Positions 12,165 through 25,102 of a DNA stretch of 64,000 nucleotides are shown in pieces (positions within the stretch are counted from its first letter, which is position 1; every line of letters starts with the position of its first letter). The position numbers and the translations under genes are program-made. The notes below the pieces were generated by a model. It was not told the origin of the DNA. It did not search any database and worked only from the letters and a program-made list of their open reading frames with translations. Origin of the DNA: Squalus acanthias (lineage: Eukaryota); assembly GCA_030390025.1 (NCBI GenBank), contig CM059432.1, positions 27,716,001 to 27,780,000 on the forward strand, written 5' to 3'.

Positions 12165-13175
12165 TCACAACACAGAAACAGGCTATTTGGCCCACCTGGT
12201 CTGTGCTGGTGTTTATGCCCCACATAAGCCTCCTTCTTTTTATACCCTTGTCTCGCAAAAATCTATCAATCTCAGATTTAAAATTATTAATTGAGCTAGC
12301 ATCTATTGCTTTTTGTTGGAGTTCCCACTTCTACCTCCCTTTGCATGAAGAAGTGGTTCTTAAGTTCTCTCATTAATGGCCTGGCTCTGATTTTAAGGTT
12401 ATGTCTCCTTGTCCTAGACTCCACACCAGTGGAAAAAGTTTCTCTCTATCTGTCCTATCAATTATTTTCAAAATCCTAAAAGCCACAATCAAATCACCCC
12501 TTAAACTTCTATATTCCAAAGAATACAAGCCGAGTTTATGTAATCTCTTCTCATAATCTAACTCTATTTAATTCTCAGTTCTGGTACGTCTTGTAAAAAA
12601 AAAATACACATTCGCCAGTGCCTCTATATCCTTTTTGTAATATGTAGGCCAGAACTGTGCACAGTATTCCAAGTGTGGTCGAACCAAGGTTCTATACAAG
12701 TTTAACATCTCTCTGCTTTTCAAATCTGTTCCTCTAGAAGTGAACCCCAGTGCTTTGTTTGCATTTTTATGGCCTTGTTAACCTGTCTTGCTACTTTTAA
12801 TGATTTATAATCTGTACCCCTAGATCCCTTTGCTCCTCGATGCCATTTAGATTCTTATTTCCCAAGGAGTAAGTGGCCTCATTATTCCTCCTACCAAAAT
12901 GCATCACCTCACACTTCTCTAGATTGAAATTAATTTGCCATTTACACGCTAATTCTGCAAGTTTATTAAATTCTTCTTGTATTTTGTCACAGTCTTCTTC
13001 AGTACTAACTATACCCCGCAATTTAATGTCATCGCAAATTTTGAAATTGCACTTCTGATCCCCGAGTCCAAATTGTTTATGTAAATGATGAACAACAGTG
13101 ATCCCAGCACCGATCCCTGTGGAACACCACTTTCCACCAGTCTGGGTAACTACCTTTAACCCCCTACTCTCTGAT
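12165..13175 (-). mobile_element. Nested degraded CR1 3' fragments
   Basis: ORF 12797-13195 with KWQINFNLEKCEVMHFGR...EQRDLGV; CR1 tail at ~12165-12230. Confidence 0.85.
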
Positions 13176-13674
13176 CCATAGAGAGGCTGAATCAAAAAGG
13201 TAGCACCATTTTTTGAGCTTCTTCTGGCACATGTTTAATTGGGCATCCTTCCAGCAAACCTTGAACAAAATAAGATGGGACGCCCAGGAACACCCCTTTT
13301 GTCTAATTATCGTGGCTGCGCTTTACCTGCAGCCATTATGGGTGTAGGCACTCCACGGTCCTTCACCTGGAAATTCAAAGGCAATGTAAAGCTGGTGGAG
13401 ACCTGCTATCACTGGTCCCTGGTCTCCATCCCCTCTTCCTCTCCTTTGGGCCGGGAACAGAGTATTTCCCAGGCATAATGGACAAGAAAATTGACCCCAA
13501 TGTCAGTTGCAGTGAGACTTTTTACATTCTGGCTGTTATGCCATTATTTTAAGTATCTTTAAAAAAAATGTTTTGCAAGCTAAGTGACTTGAATGATGTC
13601 ATTCCATCAAAGACAAGGCTTTGCTTCTGTTATGCAAACACCAGTCCAAATGGTTCACTAAGCAACTATCAGGA

Positions 13675-14065
13675 AAGTTTGAATAGGCTGGGGCGTTTTT
13701 ATCTGGAAAGGAAACTAGGAGAAAACCTAATTAGAATTCTTTAAAAGGGTGAATGTCAAAAAACTGTTTCCACTCGTGGGTGAGTCCAGAACAAGGGGCA
13801 GCAATATAATATAGCCACTAACAAATCAAATAAAGAATTAAGGAGGAATTTCTTTACACAGAGAGTGTTGAGAATGTGGAGTGGTTGAAGCAGAGAACAT
13901 TGATTCATTTAAGGGGAGGCTTGATGCATACATTAGGGAGAAGGGAATAGAGGGAAACGGATAGGAAGAGGTAATTAGAGTGAGAGGAGGATCGTGTGGA
14001 GTACAAACACCAGTATAGACCAGTTGAGCTGAATGGTCTGTTGCTGTGCTGTAGATTCCCTGTAA
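13675..14065 (+). mobile_element. Degraded CR1 3' fragment
   Basis: RRNFFTQRV motif at ~13840-13870 and CR1-type tail. Confidence 0.8.
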
Positions 14066-14739
14066 AGTATTTTTAAGTGGTGACAAAGCCTTTTTAAATC
14101 TGAAAGGGGAGATGGGTGGAAATATCCATCCTGTACAGCTACACACACCCGAAACGAGGGAGTTTTTTGGACATCGTAACAACACTTCAATGCAAGAAGT
14201 CCGTATTTGCAAAGTAACTGCCTCTCTCATTGTGTGCTAAAGGTTTTCTTGTATGCGAGATAAACACACGTGATAGTTTCACTGAATAATGGTCCTAGGA
14301 TTTACTCCTTATCTGTTCTAAATTGCATCACCCTGTCTGCGTGGTGTAATGTTATGGTGTGTGTGCATGTAATCACGTAGTGGCTGTTGTAATCTGAGAG
14401 TAATTCTCTCTAGGTTAAGACGATGAAAATTTGTTTTGATTTTTTTTTTGCCTCCTGACAGCCTTAATTACCCAAGTACGTGGATGTGTTCGGCAGCACA
14501 TACGCCATTGCAACTAGCTCCAGATTTTTAAAAAAATGACAGTTTAAAAATGCATTTTTCGTAGATTTGTTCCTTCTTGTCCTTTTTTATTTTATTTTTT
14601 CAAAACGTTGACTTTGTAAATAAATAAATGTCCCTTTGTTTGCAAAGTAACAGCTTTAAATTAACAGTGTTTTTCTTTCCTAATAAAAAACACGTGTCTG
14701 TAAGATTGAAAAAAAGTGGGCAGGGCTGTAACTGGAGGC

Positions 14740-14905
14740 TTTATAAAACCTCCTACATCCGCTCATATCAAAACAGTACGGCGAGAAAAATATACGGAAA
14801 GAAACTCCTGAACTTTAAAAGATAAAGATTTTTTTTAAACAAACGGGCTGTGATTGTCCAACAAGCTTAGCTAAGTGCGAGATCTTTCTTTAATTCGAGG
14901 TAAGT
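14740..14905 (+). promoter_or_regulatory. Candidate upstream alternative promoter / non-coding first exon
   Basis: TATAAAA at 14742-14748, locally retained CpGs, and consensus donor GAG|GTAAGT at 14899/14900 followed by T-rich sequence. Confidence 0.35.
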
Positions 14906-16149
14906 TTTAAACAGTTTTGTCTTTTTGTTTTGACAGGGCTTGTTTCAACGTGTCGTGTCAATTTTGATTTATTTTTGTATAGACGGTTTTGAAATAAAGC
15001 ACTGATTATTTTGTTAAAATCATTAAAGTGTATTGAATTGTATAACTTCTGTCGAGTGCAACAGATGAGATATTTATTCTCATGAGGTTTTAAGGGACTA
15101 ACATAGTAATATTTAGAAACTGTAAAAGATTGGGAATAAAATATAACTATTCCACTGCTTGTCTCTATCTTGGAGTTGCAACCACATGGAAAGCCTCGTC
15201 AGTTGACATCCTCGTCTTTGCAAAATTAGTTCTCTTCGCGGCGTTCTTGGTGAATACAACTATATTTACTGTACTAAGTTTAGATAGCCTGCCGTCTCAT
15301 CTTCCCGTTTCATACAATACGAAAATGTTTTATTCCCGATTTCTGGTTGTTGACCTCCCACCCCCAAGTAGAACATTCTGCATTATGCAACAATACCTGT
15401 AAATGTGATTTTAAAAAAAAAGACCGTAAATACGACGTGGACTTCACCACCTGTTGCTCCAACAGTGAGTGCGCCACAAAAAGGTGATAAACTACTTGTA
15501 TTTAAAAGAAAATTCCAAATCTACAAAACATTAACTAATTTATGTCTGTTGTGTAAACAAAATAGACCTCCTGAGAGTTACTAGGGCACGCCAGTTAATG
15601 TTACAGGTGCCACTCAGTAGTTTATTCCCTGTAAATCATTGATCCCAGGCGTAATTTAGATGTCAATAACAGCTTAAAGAACCCAATATTTTTGTGCTTA
15701 TGTGGCCAAACAACAGTTGGAGAAATGGTGAACAGCTGGTATTTTTTTTCCAAAAAGGAAAGCTAGATGGCTGGGAGTACACTACATGGTGATTCATCTT
15801 TAAGGTTTGGATAGAGTTCTAATCCACTGGAGTTTAGCTGTTACAACTTCAGATGTTATTTGAACCCCTCCTATCTTCCCCACTGGATTACTTGCAATGC
15901 ATTTCCAACCACCACCCACAACAGGGAGTGAGTGAGTTGACTTGTTGAGGTGTAGTTGGCGTCATCAGCTGAATAGCCATCTTATCTTGTATTGTGTATT
16001 ATGTTGATGTAATTAAAATGAAAACACTTCAGAATAAAAGATCGCCAATGCTGGAAATCTGAAATCAGAACATAGTGTAATGTATTTTTGTTAAGAATAT
16101 TAAACTTGGGAGGGTTGGAGAGTGGGTTCTGGATGTTCTTTTCCCTCCT

Positions 16150-16505
16150 TGATAGATCATGAGGGGTCTAGATAGAGAGAAACTGTTCCCATTGGCAGAA
16201 GCGTCGAGAACGAGAGGACACAGATTTAAGGTGATTGGCAAATGAACTAAAGGCGACATGAGGAAAAACTTTTTTACGCAGCGAGTGGTTAGGATCTGGT
16301 ATGCACTGCCTGAAAGGGTGGTGGAGACAGACTTAATCGTGGCTTTCAAAAGGGAATTGGGTAAGTACCTGAAGGAAAAAAAACTGCAGGGCTACAGGGA
16401 AAGGGCGGGGGAGTGGGACTAGCTGAAGTGTTCTTGCAGGGAGACGGCACAGGCTCGACGGGCCGAATGGCCTCCTTCTGTGCTGCAACCATTCTATGAT
16501 TCTTT
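16150..16505 (+). mobile_element. CR1 3' fragment
   Basis: SRTRGHRFKV...KNFFTQRVV coding remnant and ATTCTATGATTCT tail; same subfamily as 54075-54710. Confidence 0.85.
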
Positions 16506-16859
16506 CTCTCCAGGGCTTTGTATGGTTTCTCTTCGTTATCTCTTCTCCTGCTCGCCCATAGCCAGCTGTTTCTCAAGAATGCAACTTGGGCAAGAGGGAG
16601 GGTTGGCCTTACTGTCCTTGGAAAGATGAGATGCTGATCATCCTCTTCTACTCCAGAAGGTTTAGCTGACGATATCTGGGGGGTAACTGTGAGCCTCCTT
16701 TTTTCCCCCTCAGCGGGGTCTGTTCACAGTTGCGAAAAATGTGGCGCACAGAAATTACATTGGGAGCCTATGATAATTCGAGAAGAGAAGGGTTCCCTCT
16801 CTCATATATGTCTCTTTCAAACAAGCACTGGTTCAGTTCCCATTTTGAAAGTAGCCTCA

Positions 16860-17710
16860 GGGGAAGTAATGAGGAGCCATGGGGTACGATAGCTCGAAGG
16901 CAGCACAAGCCGCACCCTCGCTTGCTGCCAGTTTAGTGGATTCAGATTCCCATCATCTCCATTTAACTTGTTGCCCCCATCTTCGCCTCCCTCCCAAAAT
17001 ACAAATCTGGTGGGTTTGGGGTTTTTTTTTGTGGGGGGCAGGGTGTCCTTCATAATTATAGCAATCAAATTCGTTGAAGCAGCTTCTAACATTAGCAGTC
17101 AGCAAGCGCAGTTTGCGGGTAAACGCAGCCCTACTCGCTCCTCACACCAGGCGGCGCAACTGTGCACCAAAGCCCGAGGCCTCGGGCCCAGCCCGACTTC
17201 AAACTGGCGAGCTTTTAAAACAAATTGGGCAGGGTAAGCTTTCCGTTTTATTGACCACAAAAGGCATGTATTCAGTATTTAAAATGCTACTTTTTAAAGT
17301 TTTTTTTTATTTGAAGGAGTCGTCCGCGCGAGTGTGCGTGGATTTGTTTTGATTTTTGATATAAATACAAGTTGTTGTTGTTGATGATTTTTTAACAAAA
17401 TGAGAGCTCTGATTGGCGAGTAAGACGTCAATCAAATGCCAGCCGCCAATCCGTTTGGCCCGAATCCCGCCTCCAACCGTTTTTAACCGTCGTCGATTGT
17501 TTAGGCAAAATTAAAGGCGCAGCAAGCCAGAGCTCAAACTGTCAATCAAATGCAAGCCCCGCCCACCGCACGGTGCTTCACTCTCCAATTGGTGGTTGCG
17601 GGGGGACGGCGCGATAAAGGGTCAATCAGTAGGTTTCCCGCCTCCGACTGGGAGCTCGTGTTTTCAAAGGTAAGCAGATCACTTGAGCTGGAAGGCCGGC
17701 ACCTTGTGTG
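16860..17710 (+). promoter_or_regulatory. CpG-rich promoter with cell-cycle-type motifs and two candidate first-exon donors (17233/17234, 17669/17670)
   Basis: CCAAT/ATTGG at 17412, 17446 and 17585; GTCAATCA x3 including CTGTCAATCA at 17539; GC box at 17556; MYB-type CAACCG/TAACCG at 17474/17484; E2F TTTCCCGC at 17634; CHR TTTCAAA at 17662; two GTAAGC donors. Confidence 0.75.
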
Positions 17711-17904
17711 GTGATTGTGTCGTTTTATATTGGAGAATCAAGGAGGAGGTAATTTAAAAAAATATATTGCCGCACTTCATAGTCAAATAACTATATTTCA
17801 AAAATTAAAGTACAGTGATTTGAAATTGAAAGACTTGCATTTATATAATATAACACCAGAAAATGCTGGAGACAGAAACCGAGTTAACGTTTCAGGTTGC
17901 TGGC

Positions 17905-18318
17905 CTTTCCTCGGCATTTATATAGCGGCTTTCATGCTCTCAGGATGTCCCAAAGTGCCTTACAGCCAATGAAATACTGTTGTAATGTCAAAAATGTGGG
18001 CAGCTAATATGTGTACAACAAGCTCTGACAAATAGCAATGAGATAATGATCAGACAACCTGTTTCAGTGTTGTTGGTTAAGGGATAAATATTGTCAGGAC
18101 ACCAGGAATGCTCCCCTGCTCTTCTTTGAACTGTGCCACGGAATCTTTCATGTCTACCCAAGAGGACAGGCGTTGGTTTAACATCTTATCGGAAAGGCGG
18201 CACCTCCGACAGTGCAGCACTTCCTCCGTCGCATTATGTGTTCAAGTCTCTGGAGTGTGGCTTGAACCCACAACCTTCTGACTCTGAGGGGAGAGTGCTA
18301 CCAGTGAGCCAAGGCTGA
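17905..18318 (-). mobile_element. DeuSINE (SacSINE1/AmnSINE1-like tRNA-derived SINE)
   Basis: Reverse-complement homolog of 60500-60955. Confidence 0.8.
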
Positions 18319-18865
18319 CGTCTTAAATTAAAAGTTCAAATTATATAGTTTCCACCTCGGTGTGACCAAGACTTTTTCTTGTACCCTGTTATGTCATCAA
18401 ATCTTTTGAACAAACACTAGCTGGTATGATAGCTACATGATGTCCTTTGTCAGATGAGTTTCATCTTCCCATTTCTAGTACATTATATGACTTTCCAATT
18501 TGCCCTCATTTTGAGGGTGTCACTCTGATAGATAGTTTGAATTTTATTAAATTATATACCAGTTATTTAGTTTGCTATGTATGTGTATCAAGCAGAAGGT
18601 GGCTTTGGAATCCCCAGAAACTTGGACAGCAGCTTCATAAACCCATCACTTGACTTTACCTGCATTTTTAAAAAAAATCTTGGGGCTGGTATATTTTCAT
18701 TTATTTATATCACATTGCTAATTACATCATTAATCTGCCATATTTTTATGTTGAGGTTTTTTGTGCAATGTTTTTGTGGCATATTTATGTTTTTTTAGTA
18801 CATTAACTCTTTTTTCATCAACAGTTTTCCATGGTATGTTAATTTATTATCCTGAAATAGTGACA

Positions 18866-20890
18866 AACATAGAAACATAGAAGATAGGAGCAGGAGTAGG
18901 CCATTCGGCCCCTCGAGCCTGCTCTGCCATTCAATGAGATCATGGCTGATCATCCAAATTCAGTACCCTGTCCCTGCCTTTTCCCCATATCCCTTGATCC
19001 CTTTAGCCTTAAGAAATATATCTAACTCCTTCTTGAATATATTTAATGAATTGGCCTCCACTGCCTTCTGTGGTAGAGAATTCCACAGGTTCACCACTCT
19101 GGGTGAAGAAATTCCTCCTCCTCTCTGTCCTAAATGGCTTACCCCTTATCTTTAGACTGTGACCCCTGGTTCTGGACTCCCCGAACATCGGGCACATCCT
19201 TCCTGCATCTAGTCTGTCTAGTCCTGTTAGAATTTTATAAGTTTCAATGAAATCCCCTCTCATTCTTCTAAATTCCAGTGAGTGTAAGCCCAATCGACCC
19301 AATCTCTCCTCATACGTCATTCCTGCCATCCCAGGTATCAGTCTGGTGAATCTTTGCTGCACTCCCTCCATGGCAAGAACATCCTTCCTCAGATAAGGCG
19401 ACCAAAACTGCACACAATACTCAAGGTGTGGTCTCACCAAAGCCCTATACAACTGCAGCAAGACATCCTTGTTCCTGTATTCGAACCCTCTTGCTACGAA
19501 GGCCAACATACCATTTGCCTTCTTAACCGCCTGCTGCACCTGCATGCTTACCTTCAGTGACTGGTGCACAAGGACACCCAGGTCTAGTTGCACTTCCCCT
19601 TCTCCCAATCTATTGCCATTCAGATAATAATCTGCCTTCCCGTTTTTGACAACAAAGTGGATAACCTCGTATTTATCCATATTATAATGCATCTGCCATG
19701 ATTCTGCCCAATCACCCAACCTGTCCAAATCATACTGGAGTTTTTCGGCATCCTCCTCACAGCACACATGCCCACCCAGCTTTGTGTCATCTGCAAACTT
19801 GGAGATATTACATCTCGTTTCCTCGTCTAGATCATTAATATATATTGTGAATAGCTGGGGTCCTAGGACCGATCCCTGCGGTACCCCACTAGTCACTGCC
19901 TGCCACTCGGAAAAAGACCCGTTTGTTCCAACTCTTTGCTTCCTGTCTGCCAACCAGTTCTCTATCCAAGTCAATACCTTGCCCCCAATCCCATGTGCCT
20001 TAACTTTACACGCTAATCTCTTATGCGGGACCTTATCGAAAGCCTTCTGAAAGTCCAAATGCACCACATCCACTGGTTCTCCCTTATCTATTTTACTAGT
20101 TACATCTTTAAAAAATTCCAGTAGATTAGTCAAGCATGATTTACCTTTTGTAAATCCATGTTGATTTTGTCCGATCCTGTCACTGTTTTCCAAGTGCTTT
20201 GCTATTACATCTTTTATAATGGACTCCAGCATTTTCCCCACTACCGATGTCAGGCTTATCGGTCTATAATTCCCTGTTTTCTCCACCACCTTTTTTGAAT
20301 AGCGGGGTAACATTAGCTACCCTCCAATCCATGGGTACTGTTCCAGAATCTATCGAATTTTGGTAGATGACCAGCAATGCATCTACTATTTCTAGGGCAC
20401 CCTAGGATGTAGATTATCAGGCCCTGGGGATTTATCGGCCTTCAATCCCGTCAATTTCGCTAACACCATTTCCCTACAAATGATTTCTTTCAGTTCCTCC
20501 CTCTCATTAGACTCTATGTTCCCCTGACATCTCTGGGAGGTTATTTATGTCCTCCTTTGTGAAGACAGAACCAAAGTATGTGTTTAATTGGTCTGCCATT
20601 TCTTTGTTCCCCATTATAAATTCCCCTGATTCTGACTGCAAGGGACCTACGTTTGACTTCACCAATCTTTTTCTCTTCACATATCTATAAAAGCTTTTAC
20701 AGTCAGTTTTTATGTTCCCTGCAAGTTTACTTTATTTCCCCCCTCTTAATTAATCCCTTTGTCCTCCTTTGCTGAATCCTAAACTGCTCCCAATCCTCAG
20801 GTTTACTGCTTTTTCTGGCCAATTTATATGTCCTCCCCTTGGATCTTATGCTATTCCTAATTTCCCTTGTTAGCCACGGTTGAGTCACTC
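18866..20890 (-). mobile_element. 5'-truncated CR1 LINE, 434-aa RT/C-terminal ORF
   Basis: ORF 19009-20313 with complete RT motifs; tail at 18866-18960; close relative of 50835-52170. Confidence 0.95.
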
Positions 20891-22704
20891 TGGAAATAGC
20901 ATGCAAAACAAAAAGTGTTGCGGAAGGCTGAATACTCATCGGTGTTTACACTTATGAATTGGTGGTTATGTTAAGTTAAAAATATGGAATTGTCATTGTG
21001 AGGTTTCAAATTCTAATTACAGGTAGTAAGTTTACAATTTCTTTTAAACCAGGAATATTTGTGCTTTACTGGAAGACTTGGGGGTCAAAATTCGTCTTGG
21101 GCACCTGTTGTACACCCTGCCTTGTGTTCTGTTTCAATATTGATAAAAGAGCGATTACAGCAGTGGAAACGACTTCAGTAAGAGTCAACAGGTAGTGTAA
21201 ACCGTATGAGTAGAACTAAACCAAGGTAAAGGAAGCAAGACTTTGGTGGGAGTTATCTACAAACCTCCTGACAGTAAGTGATTTTAGTTGGGGAAGGGTG
21301 TGGAGGAGGAGGAGGAATGTATAAATAGATCGTGGAAGCATGTAGCAGAAACAATGTGGTTATAATGGGAGATATAAATTTTCAGTGTCTTGGAGAAGCA
21401 GAATCACTCAAGTTCAAGAATGTTTTCTGGAACTGATGATGGGTAAGGCCAAACTAGATTTAAGTGAGTAACTAACGAGAATTAGTCAACAATCTGACTG
21501 TAATGGAACATCTTGCAAATAGTGGGCTGAATTTGATATTGGGTTTGAGGGAGAAGTGCGAGTCACAAGCCAAGGTTTTAAATTAAGTACAGCAAAGTTT
21601 GAAGGGATGAGAAATAAATTGATCGCAGCAAACTGGGCTGAGCTGTTAATGCATAAACCTACAGACAAGCAGTGAGAAGTATTCAAAGAAGTTTTTGGTA
21701 CAATACAAAACCAGTACATGCCCCACTTGTGCAGTTAAGCAACCATGGTCAACAAACTAGGTAGCAGACAGTATTAAGCTAAAAGAAAAGGCTTGCACAA
21801 ATGCAAGGAAAAGTGGAAATCCAGCAGACTCTGAACTATAAAAAGCAACAAAGGGATACAAAGGAAGTAATGAGGTACAAAAAAGGAGTGAAATTTTTTT
21901 GCAAGGAATATCAAAGCTTTTTATAAATATATTGAGTGGTAAGGGGATATGTGGGCCCATCAAAGGCAGAAGCAGGTGATATTAGAAATAAAAAAAGGTA
22001 GCCAAAAATATTTTTAAAATTAAGAGCACATGATGCACAAGAAAATAAAGATAGGTACTGGGAGCAGTTTCTTTTAAACAACTAATGTTGCTAATCAGTT
22101 AAAAGGTTAATAGAAAAGAGGATCGTAGACAACTGGTAGCAATGGGTAAAGCTTTTTCAGCTGTGCGAAAAGGCAGGACTGTCAAACTGTATTGGGTCAT
22201 TAAATGACGGGTTAGAAAGGACTCTTGGGATATGGCGGAGGAACTAAACGAGTACTTTGCATCAGTCTTTACTCTTGAAGATGATGCTCGACTGACAGAA
22301 TTAAATGTTTTTAGCAGTTAAGTGTTAATATTAAAATAGATGAACATATTGTTTTAGAAAGAATTAGGAACCTCAAAATAGGTAGGTCTCATGATCGCCA
22401 CCCGCGGGTCCTTAAGGCGATTGGACAGGTGCTATGCGAAACTCTAGCTCACCTGAGTCTGTTCCCTTGGACTGTAAGGAGGCTAACATTCCAATTAATA
22501 AGGGGACTATGGCAGATCCGGTAACTATAAGCCCCTTAACTTGATGTTGGGAATAGGGAAAATGCTTGAGGGAATCATTAGGGAGGCCCTATATGACTAC
22601 TTAGAGAGAGAAGGCCATATCTGGGACACTGAACATAGCTTTTAAAAAAACAAGGTGCTGTCTTAGTGATTTGATTGTATTCTTTGAGACGATTACTGAT
22701 ACTA

Positions 22705-22838
22705 GATTTTTATTCCAGATTTATTTAATTAACTGAATTTAAAATCTGCAATTGCAATTGTGGGATTTGCGCACATGTCGCTGGATTATTAGCCCAGGCC
22801 TCTGGATTACTAGTCCTGTAACAACCACTGTGCTACTG
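22705..22838 (-). mobile_element. tRNA-derived SINE head fragment
   Basis: Homologous to 33596-33697; A-box-like TAGCACAGTGG on the minus strand. Confidence 0.55.
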
Positions 22839-24479
22839 TTCTGTGTGTTCAGTGCATAAATCTCTAAAGGTTCATGACCAATACGATGAAGATATAGCTA
22901 GAGCAAATAGGGTGCTAGTGTATTTACAGGACAATAAACTATAAAACCAAGCATACCATTTTCTCCTTGTACAAGATCCTTGTTTGGCTTCAGTTAAAAT
23001 AGTGTTCAGTTTTGGCTTCCTCACATGTTGGGTGATAATTCTTTTGACAAGGTGCAGAGGATGGCCACAAGTTTAATTCCCAGTTTAAAGCTCTTGGTTA
23101 CTCCCAGTAGGTTCAGAGAAGCGTAGACTTGGGGATGATTTGATCAAGACTTATAAAATAATAAAGGGATTTGATTGTGTTTGTGTAGACAAATTGTTTC
23201 AACCGAATACGACCAGGGGTCGCACTCGAGTTATGGGCAGAACTAAGTTAGATGTTCGGCTTTTCTTGTTCCAGAGAATAGTGGACCTAATGGAACAATT
23301 TGCCGGCTTGTGTGGTGAATGCTGATTTGCTGAGTTTCTTCAAACAAGAGCTGGACTAGTCTCTGGTTGGGCAGGAGATCACCTCGTACAAGAGCTAGGT
23401 ATTTTAACGTTCATCTGGGCCAGAGTGGTATTGTGGAATAATTTTGATCGCCAAGGGGGGGGGTCAGAGAGGAATTTTCAAGATCCTCCCCCCCCACCCC
23501 CCCACCCCAGGCAATTGGCTTTGGGTTTTATCTTTTTTTATTATCTCTCCCTGGGGATTACATGGCTTTCAGGTGGAGTGGGAAGTATTATGATGCATAG
23601 GGCATCACAATTGTATTGGACAGGCTGGATTTACCAGTAGGTCTTTTCCTGACTCATTTTTCATCTGTATGGAATTGCAGACTTGTTAAATGAATACTTT
23701 TTATCTGTTTTCACAATAGAGAAAGAGGATAACATGCCAGTGGTACAAGGGAACCTAAAAATATGTCAATGGGAGGAACTTACTGGATTTAATATGTGAG
23801 AAAATGGTAATGGAGAAAATAATGGGACTTGAGATGGCTTCCACCCTAGGGTATTAAAGGAAACCGATGAGGAAAATGGCAGATGTGTTGGTCTTAATTT
23901 TCCATAGTGCTCTAGATTTGGAAATTGTCTTTTGATTGGAAAATTGCAAATGGCACTCCATTAGTTAAGAAAGGAGGGAAGAAGAAAACCAGAAACTACA
24001 GACCTATCAGTTTGGGGAAGCTACTGGAATCTATGAAGGCCGGAGTATTTGGACAAGTATGAGGTAATCATGGAGAGTCAGCATGGATTTATGAAAGGTA
24101 GCTCATGTCTGACTAATGTAGTTGAATTTTGAGGAGGTCACTAACCTAGTGGACAGGGGAGTGTGTTGGCTATCAAGACTTCCAGAAGGCATTTGATAAG
24201 GTTGTGCACAGAATCTGAGATGTGGATGGGGTTGGCAATTGGTTGTGAGGTAGGAGATAGTGAGGATAAAGGGGATGTACTCCGTTGTCAGAATGTGACA
24301 AGTGGTGTTCCCCAAGCATCTGTACTGGTGCCTCATATTTTCACCATGTGTATATAAATGACTTGGATGAGGGAATAGAGTTGTATTTCCAAGTTTGTAG
24401 GAGGCATAGTAAGTTGTGTAGATGGGAGCAGGAAGTTACAAAGGTTTAAATTAATCCCACTGCCCCTAACACGCCAGCT

Positions 24480-24610
24480 GGAAACCCATGGGATCGGGTG
24501 GAATGCTAGTTTTACACCCTGTCCAATATTACTCTCCATTGCCTATTAAAAGGGGTAAAATTGGGTGGGGTGTAAAAACCAGCGTTGCACCCAATCCTGT
24601 CAGTTTCCCA
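24480..24610. repeat. Imperfect palindrome (foldback/MITE relic)
   Basis: GGAAACCCATGGGATCGGGTGGAATGCTAGTTTTACACCCTGTCCAATATTAC pairs with GTAAAATTGGGTGGGGTGTAAAAACCAGCGTTGCACCCAATCCTGTCAGTTTCC. Confidence 0.7.
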
Positions 24611-24974
24611 GTAGGTTAGGTGAGTACCTTCACCAAACCGACTGCAGTGGTTCAAGAAGGCGGCTCACTGCCACCACCTCCAGGGCAATTTGGGATGGGC
24701 AATAAATGCTGGCCTTGCCAGCGACGCCCACATCCCATAAACTAATAAAAAAAAATTGCCCCATTAAATCAGGGCAAAACGGGCAGATGGAGATCACTGG
24801 AGAAGAGTGAGGTTATTCACTTTGGAACAAAGAAATACAAATCGGAATACAGAATCATAAAGCACAAAGAGGCCATTTGGCTCATCAACCCTGTGCTGGC
24901 TCTTTAAAGAGCTATCCAATTAGACCCACTATCCTGCTCTTTCCCCATAGTCCTGCAAATTTGTTCTATTTATC

Positions 24975-25102
24975 CGTGCGTGTGTGTGCGTGCGTGTGCG
25001 TGTGTGTGTGGTGTGTGTGTGTGGTGTGTGTGTGTGGTGTGTGTGTGGGTAAAACTCATGGGGGATTTTGTGTGTGTGTGTGTGAAAAACTCATGGGGGA
25101 TT
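24975..25102. repeat. (GT)n microsatellite with duplicated AAAACTCATGGGGGATTT
   Basis: Seen directly. Confidence 0.9.

Noticed and set aside
17715..17972. ORF containing LKYSDL (NUSAP1-like word)
   Set aside because: Six-residue coincidence in intronic AT-rich sequence that runs into PLE/SINE remnants.
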